Assembly (NCBI RefSeq): GCF_000284115.1
Contig: NC_017080.1
Span: 2,310,001 to 2,342,000 of the forward strand
DNA: 32,000 bases
From: Phycisphaera mikurensis NBRC 102666
GTDB taxonomy: Bacteria; Planctomycetota; Phycisphaerae; Phycisphaerales; Phycisphaeraceae
Direction: 5' to 3'
Below, one piece after another: positions 1 through 9,299 of the stretch. The translations under genes and the position numbers were made by a program. The notes beneath the pieces are model-generated. The model ran no database searches. It saw only the letters and a program-made list of their open reading frames with translations, and had not been told where the DNA came from. Position 1 is the first letter of the stretch; every line of letters begins with the position of its first letter.

Positions 1-1221
1 AACCCGCCGACCGTCGATCGGATGAGGCGGATCTTCGGCGACCTCAACTCGCAGACGGAGCTGACCGCGGCGACCTTCGCGGTCTTCAACGAGCGGGGCC
101 ACCAGCAGCTGGTCGAGGGCTTCTTCCCCTCGGCCGCGGGCGACGCCTTCAACTACAAGAACCGGTACCGCGACGCGATCCAGACCCTGCTGGCGGGCCC
201 GGGCCCCGCGGCGGGCTTCGCGGAACAAAACGGCGTCCTGCTCCCCACGCTCAAGGCGGGGCTTCCCCCTCAGGCGCAGACGCTGCAGACGCGGCTGAAC
301 CGCATCGCCGAGGAGGGTGCCCGCGCCTTCGGGGACCGGCTGACCGAAGACCAGATCCGGCGGCTCGAGGACGAGCAGCGGGTGGAGTTGCTGGAGGCCC
401 TAACCGAGCGTGCCCGCGCGTTGGACGTCTACGCGATCAACGACATCGGCCCCACGACGGCGCTGAATCCCGAGTACCCGCTGCCCGTGCTCCGCTACGT
501 CTACGAGGGCTCCCAGCCGGAGCCGCGGCAGATGTGGGAGAGCCAGATGCAGACGTGGATCCTCCAGGACCTCATCGCATCGATCGGCTTGGCCAACGGC
601 GTGCCGGTCCCGGGTGTGGCCCCGCTGCCCGCCGCGGCACGCGGCGAAGGGGGCAGCGCCCAGGGCGTCCTCGGAGCCGTCGTGAAGCGACTGATCAGCG
701 CGGACGTCCTGCCGGGCTACGTCGGCATCCAGAGCTCCGGCGGCGTCGGCCAGCTCGACAGCGACACGAACACCGGCCGCAACGCCTCCGCGGGCTTGGC
801 CGCCGGTGCCGGGCCCGTGGAGGGCCTGGCGTCCGATGGTGCCGGCATCCCGGTGATCAAACCGAACTACTTCGTCAGCCCGACCGGGCGTACCAGCAAC
901 CCGGTCTTCGACGTCCGCCACACCCGCCTGCGGGTGCACGCCGATTACACCCGCCTCCCGCTGCTCTTCGAGGCGATGGCGAAGATCAACTTCATCTCCG
1001 TCGTCGACATGAAGCTCGCCTCGATCGACGAATACGACTACTCCACCAGCGGCCGCCTCGGCGGGCCCTTCGTCTACGGCGTCGGGGAGATCGTCGACGT
1101 GGAGATGATCGTCGAGAGCCTCTGGTTCAGGAGCTGGACCGTGCCGCTGATGCCTGACAGCGTCAAGACCACGCTGGGCATCGCCACGGTCGAGCCCGCC
1201 GTCGCCGACGACACCTTCTAG
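1..1221 (+). CDS. Conserved hypothetical protein, 5' truncated by window edge; possibly part of a pilus/secretion-like membrane complex (weak inference)
   Basis: Frame is open from base 1 (NPPTVDRMRRIFGDLNSQTEL...) to the TAG near 1221; strong GC3 bias; followed by a membrane-anchored protein gene. Confidence 0.75.
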   Translation, partial: NPPTVDRMRRIFGDLNSQTELTAATFAVFNERGHQQLVEGFFPSAAGDAFNYKNRYRDAIQTLLAGPGPAAGFAEQNGVLLPTLKAGLPPQAQTLQTRLNRIAEEGARAFGDRLTEDQIRRLEDEQRVELLEALTERARALDVYAINDIGPTTALNPEYPLPVLRYVYEGSQPEPRQMWESQMQTWILQDLIASIGLANGVPVPGVAPLPAAARGEGGSAQGVLGAVVKRLISADVLPGYVGIQSSGGVGQLDSDTNTGRNASAGLAAGAGPVEGLASDGAGIPVIKPNYFVSPTGRTSNPVFDVRHTRLRVHADYTRLPLLFEAMAKINFISVVDMKLASIDEYDYSTSGRLGGPFVYGVGEIVDVEMIVESLWFRSWTVPLMPDSVKTTLGIATVEPAVADDTF

Positions 1222-1300
1222 ACGCGGGCCGGCCCCCACGCCCGCCCCCGAGCACCCCCGGCCTCGCGCCGCTTCCCGCCATCCTCCCTCTGGACCCTCC

Positions 1301-3319
1301 ATGGCCGCACGCCAAGCCGGCTTCTTCGTGAAGCACACGGAAAAGATCATCCTCGCGGTCGCCGCGGCCTTCGCCCTCCTCCTGGTCGCCATCGCGTGGC
1401 TCGGCGTGTTCGGGAGCCCCGCCAGCACGCGGATCAACGGCGTGGTGGTGACCCCCGAGAACGTGCAGGACATCGTCAACGCCGAGGCGGACCGCCTCCG
1501 ATCCAAGCTCGACGAGACCGAGCCCGGCGTGCCCGAGGTGCAGATCCCCAACTACGCCGAGGACTTCTCCAGCCGCATCGCCGCGCCGATCCTCGCGGGC
1601 GATCCGCGGTTGGTTAGCGGAGGCTTGGACCGAGCGGGCCTCACCGCGGCCACCTTCGTGCTGCAGCAGAACAGCTTCCCGGCCTACTTCCTGCCCACCC
1701 CGCCGGTCCCGACGGACGTGACGCTCAAGGCGGGCACCGCGGTGCTCGCCGACCCCGCGAGCGAGGGCGACGCCGCGGCGCGGGAGCGGCTGGTGGAGCT
1801 GCGGAACCGGCTGGACATCCGCGAGCCGGGCGACTTCCAGTTCGTCTCGGTGATGGGGCGCTTCCCGTTGCAGAGCTGGAGCGAGCGGCTGGAGGGGCAG
1901 GACCCCGAGGGTTCGCGGCAGCCGATCCCCGAGAACGTCTGGCGGCCGCGGCTGGGCCTGGCGGCGGTGTACCTCCTCCGCCAGCGGCAGGACGCCCGCA
2001 CCGGCGCCTGGGGCGAGCCCGAGCGGGTCGAGGTGCTCCCGGGCCAGCCGGGCTTCCTGCCGGGCGAGCCGACGGGGATCGAGGACCTCCCGCAGGCGCA
2101 GGCCGCCGTCGCCTTCCTCCAGGCCCAGCAATCCGACGTCGCGCAGGTCCCGTTCCCGGCCACCGCTCACCAGCCCTGGACCCCGCCATCGGGCCGCGAT
2201 CGGGTCTTCACCCCGGAGGAGCGGGAGCGGCTGGCGGAGCTCGAGGAGGACATCGAGCAGCTGAAGAGCTCGATCGCGCGTGAGCAGGGGCGGGATGAAC
2301 CCACCTCCCAGCCGGAGCGGCGGCGGCCGCAGCGTCCCGAGCGGAACCGTGGCGGCGGCGGCTTCGGCGGCGGCTTCGCGGGCGGCGGCTTCGACGGTGG
2401 TTTCGGCGGCGGCCCGGATTTCGGCGGGGGGCCGCCGCGCGGCGTCGACCGCGGGGGTCCGTCGGCGGGCAGCGATCCCGACCAGCGGCGGATCCAACGC
2501 TTCCAGGACGAGCTCGCGGAGAAGCAGGCGGAGCTCAACGACCTTCTGGGCGTCGATGAAGACCTCTCCGTGCCCGGCGGCGGCTTCCCCGGGAGCGGCG
2601 GCTTCCCCGGCGGCGGCGGGTTCGACGGCGGGTTCGGAGGCGGCTTCGACGGCGGCGGCTTCCCCGGGAACATGGACGGCTTCGCGGGCAGCCGAGGCGG
2701 TGCCGGCACGGGACTGGGCACCGCCGAGGCCGCCGGCCCCGAAGAGGTCGTGATCTGGGCGCACGACCTCACGGCACAGCCGGGCGAGACGTACCGCTAC
2801 AAGCTGCTCGCCGCGCCGATCAACCCGCTGTTCCGCTACAGCCGCGTCGCCGACGAGCAGCGGGAGGAGAACCGCGACCGCTTGGCGATCGCCCCCTCGG
2901 CGGAGGAGGTGGAGGGGCTTGAATGGACACCGCCGGTCACCTTGAACCCGCTCGCGGACTTCTTCTTCCTCAGCGGGAACGCGGAGCAGGACCGCGCCAA
3001 CATCGAGGTCTGGAAGGTCTACGACGGCCTCTGGCAGGTTGCCACCTTCGAGGAGAATCCCGGCAACGGCATCGGCGGGACCGAGACGCTCGACGTGCGG
3101 GGGCGGCGGCAGCGCGTCGATCTCTCCACCGGTGCCCTTCTGCTGGACATCGATGTGCTCCAGGCGATCGACCGCAACCCCGACACCCGCATGGTCTACG
3201 AGAACCCGGACGGCACCATCCGCAGCCGCATGCGGCAGGACGACCAGGAGAGCGAGCGTCGCAGGCTGCTGCAGGATCGGCTTCAGACGCAGCAGGAGCA
3301 GCTCGGGCTCGCCGGCTGA
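1301..3319 (+). CDS. Membrane-anchored hypothetical protein with one N-terminal TM helix and two Gly-rich low-complexity segments
   Basis: ATG start MAARQAGFFVKHTEKIILAVAAAFALLLVAIAWLGVFG gives a TM anchor; Gly/Phe-rich segments at about 2350-2460 and 2575-2700; 672 aa ORF. Confidence 0.8.
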   Translation: MAARQAGFFVKHTEKIILAVAAAFALLLVAIAWLGVFGSPASTRINGVVVTPENVQDIVNAEADRLRSKLDETEPGVPEVQIPNYAEDFSSRIAAPILAGDPRLVSGGLDRAGLTAATFVLQQNSFPAYFLPTPPVPTDVTLKAGTAVLADPASEGDAAARERLVELRNRLDIREPGDFQFVSVMGRFPLQSWSERLEGQDPEGSRQPIPENVWRPRLGLAAVYLLRQRQDARTGAWGEPERVEVLPGQPGFLPGEPTGIEDLPQAQAAVAFLQAQQSDVAQVPFPATAHQPWTPPSGRDRVFTPEERERLAELEEDIEQLKSSIAREQGRDEPTSQPERRRPQRPERNRGGGGFGGGFAGGGFDGGFGGGPDFGGGPPRGVDRGGPSAGSDPDQRRIQRFQDELAEKQAELNDLLGVDEDLSVPGGGFPGSGGFPGGGGFDGGFGGGFDGGGFPGNMDGFAGSRGGAGTGLGTAEAAGPEEVVIWAHDLTAQPGETYRYKLLAAPINPLFRYSRVADEQREENRDRLAIAPSAEEVEGLEWTPPVTLNPLADFFFLSGNAEQDRANIEVWKVYDGLWQVATFEENPGNGIGGTETLDVRGRRQRVDLSTGALLLDIDVLQAIDRNPDTRMVYENPDGTIRSRMRQDDQESERRRLLQDRLQTQQEQLGLAG

Positions 3320-3729
3320 CGCTTCGCGGCGGATCCCGCGGCCGCCTGCACCGTTTCAGGACGTTGTCGATCCACCAGCTGCCGGGCGCGAGCCTCGGCG
3401 CAGGTGGCTCATCCACACCGTGGATGTGGCGGCGGATCCAAGCGGAGAAGCCCGACGCCCCAACAACGCGGTGCGTCGCGTGCGGGCTGTTTCGGCCGGA
3501 ACCGGCTTCTCCATCGACGGTGCCGTCGAGGCGCCTGCCGCGTTGTCCGAACGGTTCTTGCTTGAACGCGGACGACCGCGGCTTCGGGTCCGGCTCCTGC
3601 CTAGCGTCGAGCACCCGGGCAGCGTCTGCGGCTGACGCACCTGCTCGGGGTTGCAGCCGATCCTGGGAACGGCCGATGGCATGCCTTCCGGGTGCCGACT
3701 GCCACAAAGCACGACCGCCACTGTCACCC

Positions 3730-5364
3730 ATGCCCCCGCTCGCCACCCCGAAGCCCTCTCCGACCTCCGAAACCGCCGCACCCCACCGCCCGGCCGTGAA
3801 GACGCTGGTCGTGGGCGGCGGTCCGGCCGGTCTGACCGCCGCGTACGAGCTGCTGAAGCACGATCCCGATGCGGCGCCGCTGGTGCTCGAGGCCACCGAC
3901 CAGGTCGGCGGCATCGCCCGGACCGAGGTCTACAAGGGCTACCGCTTCGACATCGGCGGGCACCGCTTCTTCACCAAGGTGAAGGAGGTCGAGGAGATGT
4001 GGCACGAGGTGATGGGCGACGACTTCATCGACGTGCCCCGCCAGAGCCGGATCTACTACCAAGGCAAGTACTACGACTACCCGCTGTCGATCGGCAACAC
4101 GCTGTCGAACCTGGGCGTCTACGAATCGGCGCGGATCCTCCTGTCGTACCTCAAGTGGAAGGTGAAGCCCAGCGAGCAGGAGGAGAACTTCGAGCAGTGG
4201 GTGAGCAACCGCTTCGGCGGGCGGCTGTTCTGGCACTTCTTCCGCACGTACACGGAGAAGGTTTGGGGCATCCCGTGCACCGAGATCCGGGCGGACTGGG
4301 CCGCTCAGCGGATCAAGGACCTCTCGCTCAAGAAAGCCGTGCTCGACGCCCTGACCGGCAAGAGCGACACAACCTCGCTGATCAAGACCTTCAAGTACCC
4401 GCCGCTGGGACCCGGCCAGATGTGGGAGCGCTTCGCCGAGATCATCGAGGCCAAGGGCGGCGAGGTGCGGATGCAGACACGGGTCCACCGGTTCCACCGG
4501 GAGGGCAAGCGGATCGTGTCCGCCGAGGTGCGCAGCCACACCGACCACGCCGACCACCCCGGCGACCACGACGCCGAGGCGGACGCGATCGAGGGCAAGA
4601 CCTACCCGATCGAGGCGGATCAGGTCATCAGCACGATGCCGCTCACGACGCTCGTGCGGGCGATGGACCCGCCGGCGCCCGACGACGTGCTCGCGGCCGC
4701 GGACGGACTGAACTACCGTGACTTCTTGATCGTCACGCTGATCCTCGACCGCAAGGACCCGTTCCCGGACAACTGGATCTACATCCACAGCCCGGAGGTC
4801 AAGGTCGGGCGGATCCAGAACTTCCGCAGCTGGTCCGAGGCCATGGTGCCCGACCCGAATCACGCCAGCATCGGCATGGAATACTTCTGCCACCGCGGCG
4901 ACGGCCTCTGGACCTCGACCGACGAGGAGCTGATCGCGCTGGCAACCGAGGAGCTCGGCAAGCTGGGTCTTTCCAAAGCGGAGGCCGTGATCGACGGGAC
5001 GGTGATCCGGCAGCCCAAGGCCTACCCGGTCTACGACGCGGACTACAAGCGGCACGTCGAGACGATCGAGCAGTGGGTCAAGACGCTGGAGAACCTGCAC
5101 ACGGTCGGCCGCAACGGCATGCACCGGTACAACAACCAAGACCACTCGATGCTCTCGGCGATGCACGCGGCCCGCAACGTCCTCGGCGGCGCGTACGACC
5201 CGTGGAACATCAACGTCGAGCGCTCCTACCACGAGGAGTTCGTGGTGAAGCCGAAGGACGGCAAAGCCGCAAACAAAGACGCGACCAGCGGGCTCGAGGA
5301 GGCCGCCGTCGCCGTCGAGCGGATGCAGCCGCAGCCGGTGGGAAGCGACAAGGCCGCAAGCTGA
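3730..5364 (+). CDS. NAD(P)/FAD-dependent oxidoreductase, amine oxidase / protoporphyrinogen-oxidase-like
   Basis: Dinucleotide-binding motif VKTLVVGGGPAGLTAAYELLKHDPDAAPLVLEATDQVGGIARTE, then GYRFDIGGHRFFTK and WHFFRTYTEKVWGIPCTEI. ATG at 3730 chosen; the longer ORF upstream looks noncoding. Confidence 0.88.
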   Translation: MPPLATPKPSPTSETAAPHRPAVKTLVVGGGPAGLTAAYELLKHDPDAAPLVLEATDQVGGIARTEVYKGYRFDIGGHRFFTKVKEVEEMWHEVMGDDFIDVPRQSRIYYQGKYYDYPLSIGNTLSNLGVYESARILLSYLKWKVKPSEQEENFEQWVSNRFGGRLFWHFFRTYTEKVWGIPCTEIRADWAAQRIKDLSLKKAVLDALTGKSDTTSLIKTFKYPPLGPGQMWERFAEIIEAKGGEVRMQTRVHRFHREGKRIVSAEVRSHTDHADHPGDHDAEADAIEGKTYPIEADQVISTMPLTTLVRAMDPPAPDDVLAAADGLNYRDFLIVTLILDRKDPFPDNWIYIHSPEVKVGRIQNFRSWSEAMVPDPNHASIGMEYFCHRGDGLWTSTDEELIALATEELGKLGLSKAEAVIDGTVIRQPKAYPVYDADYKRHVETIEQWVKTLENLHTVGRNGMHRYNNQDHSMLSAMHAARNVLGGAYDPWNINVERSYHEEFVVKPKDGKAANKDATSGLEEAAVAVERMQPQPVGSDKAAS

Positions 5365-8279
5365 GCGACCACGCGCCCACGGCCGCCGAAGAACAAGCCG
5401 CGGGTTCGGCGGAGCCGCAGACGGCGGCACGCCTCGGCTTCGTCGTCGTCGTGCCCGCCAGAGACGCGGAGGCGACGCTGCCAGCCTGCCTCGCGGCGGT
5501 CCGAGCTTCGCGCCGGAAGCCGGAACAAGTGGTCGTCGTCGACGACGGCTCGTTCGACGGCACGGCCGCGGCCGCGGAGGCGGCCGGGGCGTGGGTCCTG
5601 CGCCCCGAGGACGCCCCGATCGGGCCGGGCCGGGCCCGGGACCTCGCGGTCCGGCGGATCGGCCAGGCGGCGGGCGCCGCGCCGCCCGCCGCCGTGGTGG
5701 CGGTGGTGGACGCGGACGTCGTCGTCCACCCCGACGCGTTCGGGTTGCTGATCGATGAGCTGGAGCGGGATCCCGGCGTGGTCGCGGCGTTCGGCGCCTA
5801 CGACGAGCGGCCGCCCGCGCCGGCGGTCGCGTCCCGGTACGCGAACCTCCGCCACCACTTCACGCACCAGCAGGCCGGTGGCGAGGCCGTGACGTTCTGG
5901 GCCGGGCTGGGCGTCGTGCGGCGGGACGCGTGGGAGGGCGTCGGCGGCTTCGGAAGCCGCTACGAACGCCCCGCCATCGAGGACATCGATCTGGGGCGGA
6001 GGCTGGTGGCGGCCGGCGGCCGGATCCGCTGCGTGCCCGCCGCGCAGGCGACCCACCACAAGGCCTGGACGCTCCGGCAGCTGTGGCGGACCGACGTCTT
6101 CCAGCGGGCGCTGCCCTGGTCTCGTCTGATCGTGAACGAGCCCGCCGTGGTGCCGGTGCCGCCGCCGGCGGGCGGCGTCGGGGCCGCTCCCGCGAGGCTG
6201 AACACCGGGCGGGCGGACCAGCTCTCGGCGCTCGCCGTGCACGGGTTCTGGCTGAGCTTGCTCGCGGGCATGTTCATGGACCCGCTGCTGCTCGTCGTGC
6301 CGGCGCTGCTGCTCGGTGCCTGGATCGTGCTCAACGGCCGCTTCCTCGCGTTGCTCGCGCGGCGCGGCGGCGTGAAGCTGCTGCTCGGCGGCGGCCTGCT
6401 GCACGCGGCCTACCACGGCTACGCGAGCGTCGCCTTTGCCTGGGTGCTGCTGGAGAGCCGCTGGGCCGCCGCCGGGCCGCACCGCCGTGCCGGCTGGCCG
6501 TCCCGCGTCGCCACCGCCCTGCCGGCGATCGGCTTGCTCGGCGGCGGCGTCGGCCTGCTGCTGGTGGCGGCGCTGCCGACCCCCACGGTCGCCAACGCCT
6601 TTGCCTCCCTCGGCGACGGGGCGGGACTCTTCGACGACGCCGCGGCCGGCGCGGCGGGGATCCAGGCGCGGGGCGCCGCCCTGGGGCTCTGCCTGCTCGC
6701 GATGGCGGCGGCGCTGCTGGCCCTGGGCCCGCGGGCGGTCGGCCGCTCGCTGCGGGGGCTGCCGCGGACCGTCGGCAGTGTGGCGCTCCCGGCCCGGCGG
6801 TCCGCGGTCCTGGCCGTGCTCGGCCTCGCGACCGCGGCGCTGGCGCTGCGGATCTACCTCCACCTCGGCCACCCGATGCGGGCCGACGAGGCCCAGACGT
6901 TTCTGCGGTCCGCGGCCGCGTCGCCGCTGGTCACGGTGGCGGTCTGGGACTCGCCCAACAACCACATCTTGCACTCGGTGCTGATGCGGCTGTCGGTGAT
7001 GCTGTTCGGCGAGGCGGAGTGGGCGGTGCGGCTGCCGGCGGCGGCGATGGCTACGCTGGCGACGCCGCTGGTCTTCCTGGGGCTGCGTCCGCACCTGGGC
7101 GTGGCGGCCGCGCTGCTGGCCGCGGCGGCGTGGGCGGGCTCGGGCTACGCCCTGGAGGCGGGCACCAACGCGCGCGGCTACCCGATCGTAATCGCCATGA
7201 CGATGGTGCTGGCCGCCGTGGCTCCGCGGCTGGCGAGGGGCCGGGCCGGGGCGCTGCCGATCGCGGCCGCGGCCGCCGCGGTGGGAGCCTGGGCCGTCCC
7301 GGTGATGCTGCTGCCCTTCGGCGGGCTGGTCGCTTACGTCCTGCTCGCCGCCGCGACGCCGCTGCGCCGCCGGATTGCCCAGGCCGCCGGGCTCGTCGCG
7401 GCGACGGGTTCGCTCTGCCTGCTGCTGTACGCCCCGGCCCTGGTGATGCGTCCGCCGGGGGAGAGCGGCGCCGCCAGCGCGGTCGCCGACGCGGTGGCTC
7501 CGCTGGGCGTTCCCCAGCGGCTGCGCGTGATCGGCAACAACATCGCCTCCGCGTGGGAGCAGATGGCCTGGCCGGCGACGGGCGGCGCGGCGGTGGTGCT
7601 CGCCGTGCTGCTGGCCACCGGGCTGCTGCTCGGCCTCGCGCGGGGCGGCGGCGCCCGCCGCTTCCTGCTCGCGGCGGTGGCGGGTCAGCTGCTCGTGCTC
7701 GCGGGGCTGGGATTCCCGCCGCTGCCCTGGTGGAGCCTCGGCTTCGCCTTCCCCGTTGCGCTGGGCTGCTTGGTGCTCCCGGGCGCTGCGCTGCTGCGGG
7801 CGGGCCTCGGGGCCCGCGGGTGGCGCACCGCGTCGCCCTGGTTCGCCCTCGCGGTGCTCGGGCTGCTCTGGCCCGCGACGGCGCTGCGCGACTGGTCGCG
7901 AGACTTCCCCAATCGCCTCGGCTTCGCGGCCGGACCGGGTGCGGCGGGGATCATCCACGGCTTGCTGGCCGAGCCCGGAGCGGCGCCGCTGCGGGTGGAC
8001 ATCGGCCCGGGGCAGCTCTCCGCGCTGCGCTACAACGTGCAGCGACGCTGGGCGGGGAATGCGGACCGGGTGGAACCGCCGCGGCTGGGGGGGGCCGAGG
8101 GGGTTGGCCCCACCGAGCGGATCCTCGTGGTGACGGTGCACGACGACCCGCCGCCGACCGACCGCCGGGCCTCGTCGACCCACCGCCGGGCGCCGGAGCG
8201 GACGTGGCGCTTCGCCGACGCGACGCTCCGTCTCTACCTGCCCGCTTCTGAAGCCGCGACGCCCGCGGACCGCCGCTGA
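5361..8279 (+). CDS. Glycosyltransferase family 2 domain fused to a polytopic GT-C-like glycosyltransferase domain
   Basis: N-terminus VVVVPARDAEATLPACLAAVRASRRKPEQVVVVDDGSFDG (GT2), then GSRYERPAIEDIDLGRRL. C-terminal half is multi-TM with HPMRADEAQTFLRSAAASPLVTVAVWDSPNNHILHSVLMRLSVMLFGEAEWAVRLPA (GT-C/ArnT-like first loop). Exact start unclear; CTG at 5361 overlaps the upstream stop. Confidence 0.82.
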   Translation: MSDHAPTAAEEQAAGSAEPQTAARLGFVVVVPARDAEATLPACLAAVRASRRKPEQVVVVDDGSFDGTAAAAEAAGAWVLRPEDAPIGPGRARDLAVRRIGQAAGAAPPAAVVAVVDADVVVHPDAFGLLIDELERDPGVVAAFGAYDERPPAPAVASRYANLRHHFTHQQAGGEAVTFWAGLGVVRRDAWEGVGGFGSRYERPAIEDIDLGRRLVAAGGRIRCVPAAQATHHKAWTLRQLWRTDVFQRALPWSRLIVNEPAVVPVPPPAGGVGAAPARLNTGRADQLSALAVHGFWLSLLAGMFMDPLLLVVPALLLGAWIVLNGRFLALLARRGGVKLLLGGGLLHAAYHGYASVAFAWVLLESRWAAAGPHRRAGWPSRVATALPAIGLLGGGVGLLLVAALPTPTVANAFASLGDGAGLFDDAAAGAAGIQARGAALGLCLLAMAAALLALGPRAVGRSLRGLPRTVGSVALPARRSAVLAVLGLATAALALRIYLHLGHPMRADEAQTFLRSAAASPLVTVAVWDSPNNHILHSVLMRLSVMLFGEAEWAVRLPAAAMATLATPLVFLGLRPHLGVAAALLAAAAWAGSGYALEAGTNARGYPIVIAMTMVLAAVAPRLARGRAGALPIAAAAAAVGAWAVPVMLLPFGGLVAYVLLAAATPLRRRIAQAAGLVAATGSLCLLLYAPALVMRPPGESGAASAVADAVAPLGVPQRLRVIGNNIASAWEQMAWPATGGAAVVLAVLLATGLLLGLARGGGARRFLLAAVAGQLLVLAGLGFPPLPWWSLGFAFPVALGCLVLPGAALLRAGLGARGWRTASPWFALAVLGLLWPATALRDWSRDFPNRLGFAAGPGAAGIIHGLLAEPGAAPLRVDIGPGQLSALRYNVQRRWAGNADRVEPPRLGGAEGVGPTERILVVTVHDDPPPTDRRASSTHRRAPERTWRFADATLRLYLPASEAATPADRR

Positions 8280-8315
8280 GACGCGGCCGCCGCGGCCGCG
8301 GTCCGCGGATCCGCT

Positions 8316-9248
8316 TCAGGCAACGCGTCTTCCCGCCGCGGTGCCGCGGCGGAGCCGCCGGCTCTCCGCGAGCACGCCGGCGGCCGCGGCGACCTGGCTC
8401 AGCGCGATGTGCATCCCCTCCACGACGTGCCGGGGCCGGCGGACGCGGCCGATGGCGCGGCGCACCAGCTCCGCGTGGAAGCCGCCGAGCCCGGCCGTCG
8501 CGGCCGCCCCGCGCCGGGCGGAAGCCCGCACCCGGAACTGCAGGCTGCCACCGCCGTAGCCGCGGTGCTGCCGCCAGAACGCGGCGAGGCCCATCGGGTG
8601 GAAGTGGTCGACCGCCGCCTCGGGCGCGTAGGCCGCCGGGTGCCCGGCGTGCTGGAAGCGGTGGCAGAAGTCGAAGTCTTCGCCGGCCGGCAGCGGGAAA
8701 CGCTCGTCGAAACCGCCCACGGCCAGGAAGGCCTCACGCGGCACGCAGAGGTTCGCAGTGACGAACAGCCACGCGCCGTCCGGGCCGGAACCGCGGCCGG
8801 CGCGGACGCCGCGCTCGTAGAAGAGCTCCGTCACGAAGTGGCTCGCGACGGCGGCCGGGTTCTCCGGCGTGGCGTTCACGAAGGCGCCGCCGAGCATCGC
8901 CGCCGGTCGCTCGGCGAGCCGATCGGCGAAGCGGGCGAGCCAGTCCGGCCTCGGCTCGCAGTCGTCGTCGGTGAAGGCGAGGTGGGGGTGGATCGCCTCC
9001 GCCGCGCCGCGGTTGCGGGCGGCGGCCGGCCCGGCGTTCGCCTGCCGGATCACGCGCAGGCGGAGGCGCGGAGCCTCGCCCGCGAGCGCGGCGGCGTCGA
9101 GGGGCTCGACGCTCCCGTCGTCCACGACCACCGCCTCGAGCCGATCCGCGGGCCACTCCAGCCGCCCGAGCGCGGCGACGCAGCGGCGGATCCGCTCGGG
9201 GCGGTCGAACGCGGGCACGATCACGCTGAAGGCGGTCGCGGGGCTCAT
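8316..9248 (-). CDS. Glycosyltransferase family 2
   Basis: FSVIVPAFDRPERIRRCVAAL...AVVVDDGS...LAFTDDDCEPRPDWLARF...ANLCVPREAFLAVGGFDERFPLPAGEDFDFCHRFQHAGH. Confidence 0.92.
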   Translation of the reverse strand: MSPATAFSVIVPAFDRPERIRRCVAALGRLEWPADRLEAVVVDDGSVEPLDAAALAGEAPRLRLRVIRQANAGPAAARNRGAAEAIHPHLAFTDDDCEPRPDWLARFADRLAERPAAMLGGAFVNATPENPAAVASHFVTELFYERGVRAGRGSGPDGAWLFVTANLCVPREAFLAVGGFDERFPLPAGEDFDFCHRFQHAGHPAAYAPEAAVDHFHPMGLAAFWRQHRGYGGGSLQFRVRASARRGAAATAGLGGFHAELVRRAIGRVRRPRHVVEGMHIALSQVAAAAGVLAESRRLRRGTAAGRRVA

Positions 9249-9299
9249 CGCGGGCTCTTCCCGTCCGGCGGCGTGCGGCGGGTCGCAGGCGGCGGGTCT

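Noticed and set aside
3700-3732. Possible cobalamin riboswitch suggested by a GCCACTG string before the oxidoreductase gene
   Set aside because: Other conserved B12-box and core elements are missing; the short match is likely chance.
3724-5430. 568-aa minus-strand ORF
   Set aside because: Antisense to the FAD-dependent oxidoreductase; no recognisable motif.
5226-8183. 985-aa minus-strand ORF antisense to the GT2/GT-C fusion
   Set aside because: Arg/Pro/Gly/Gln/His-rich shadow translation typical of the complement of a high-GC3 gene; the plus strand has clear motifs.
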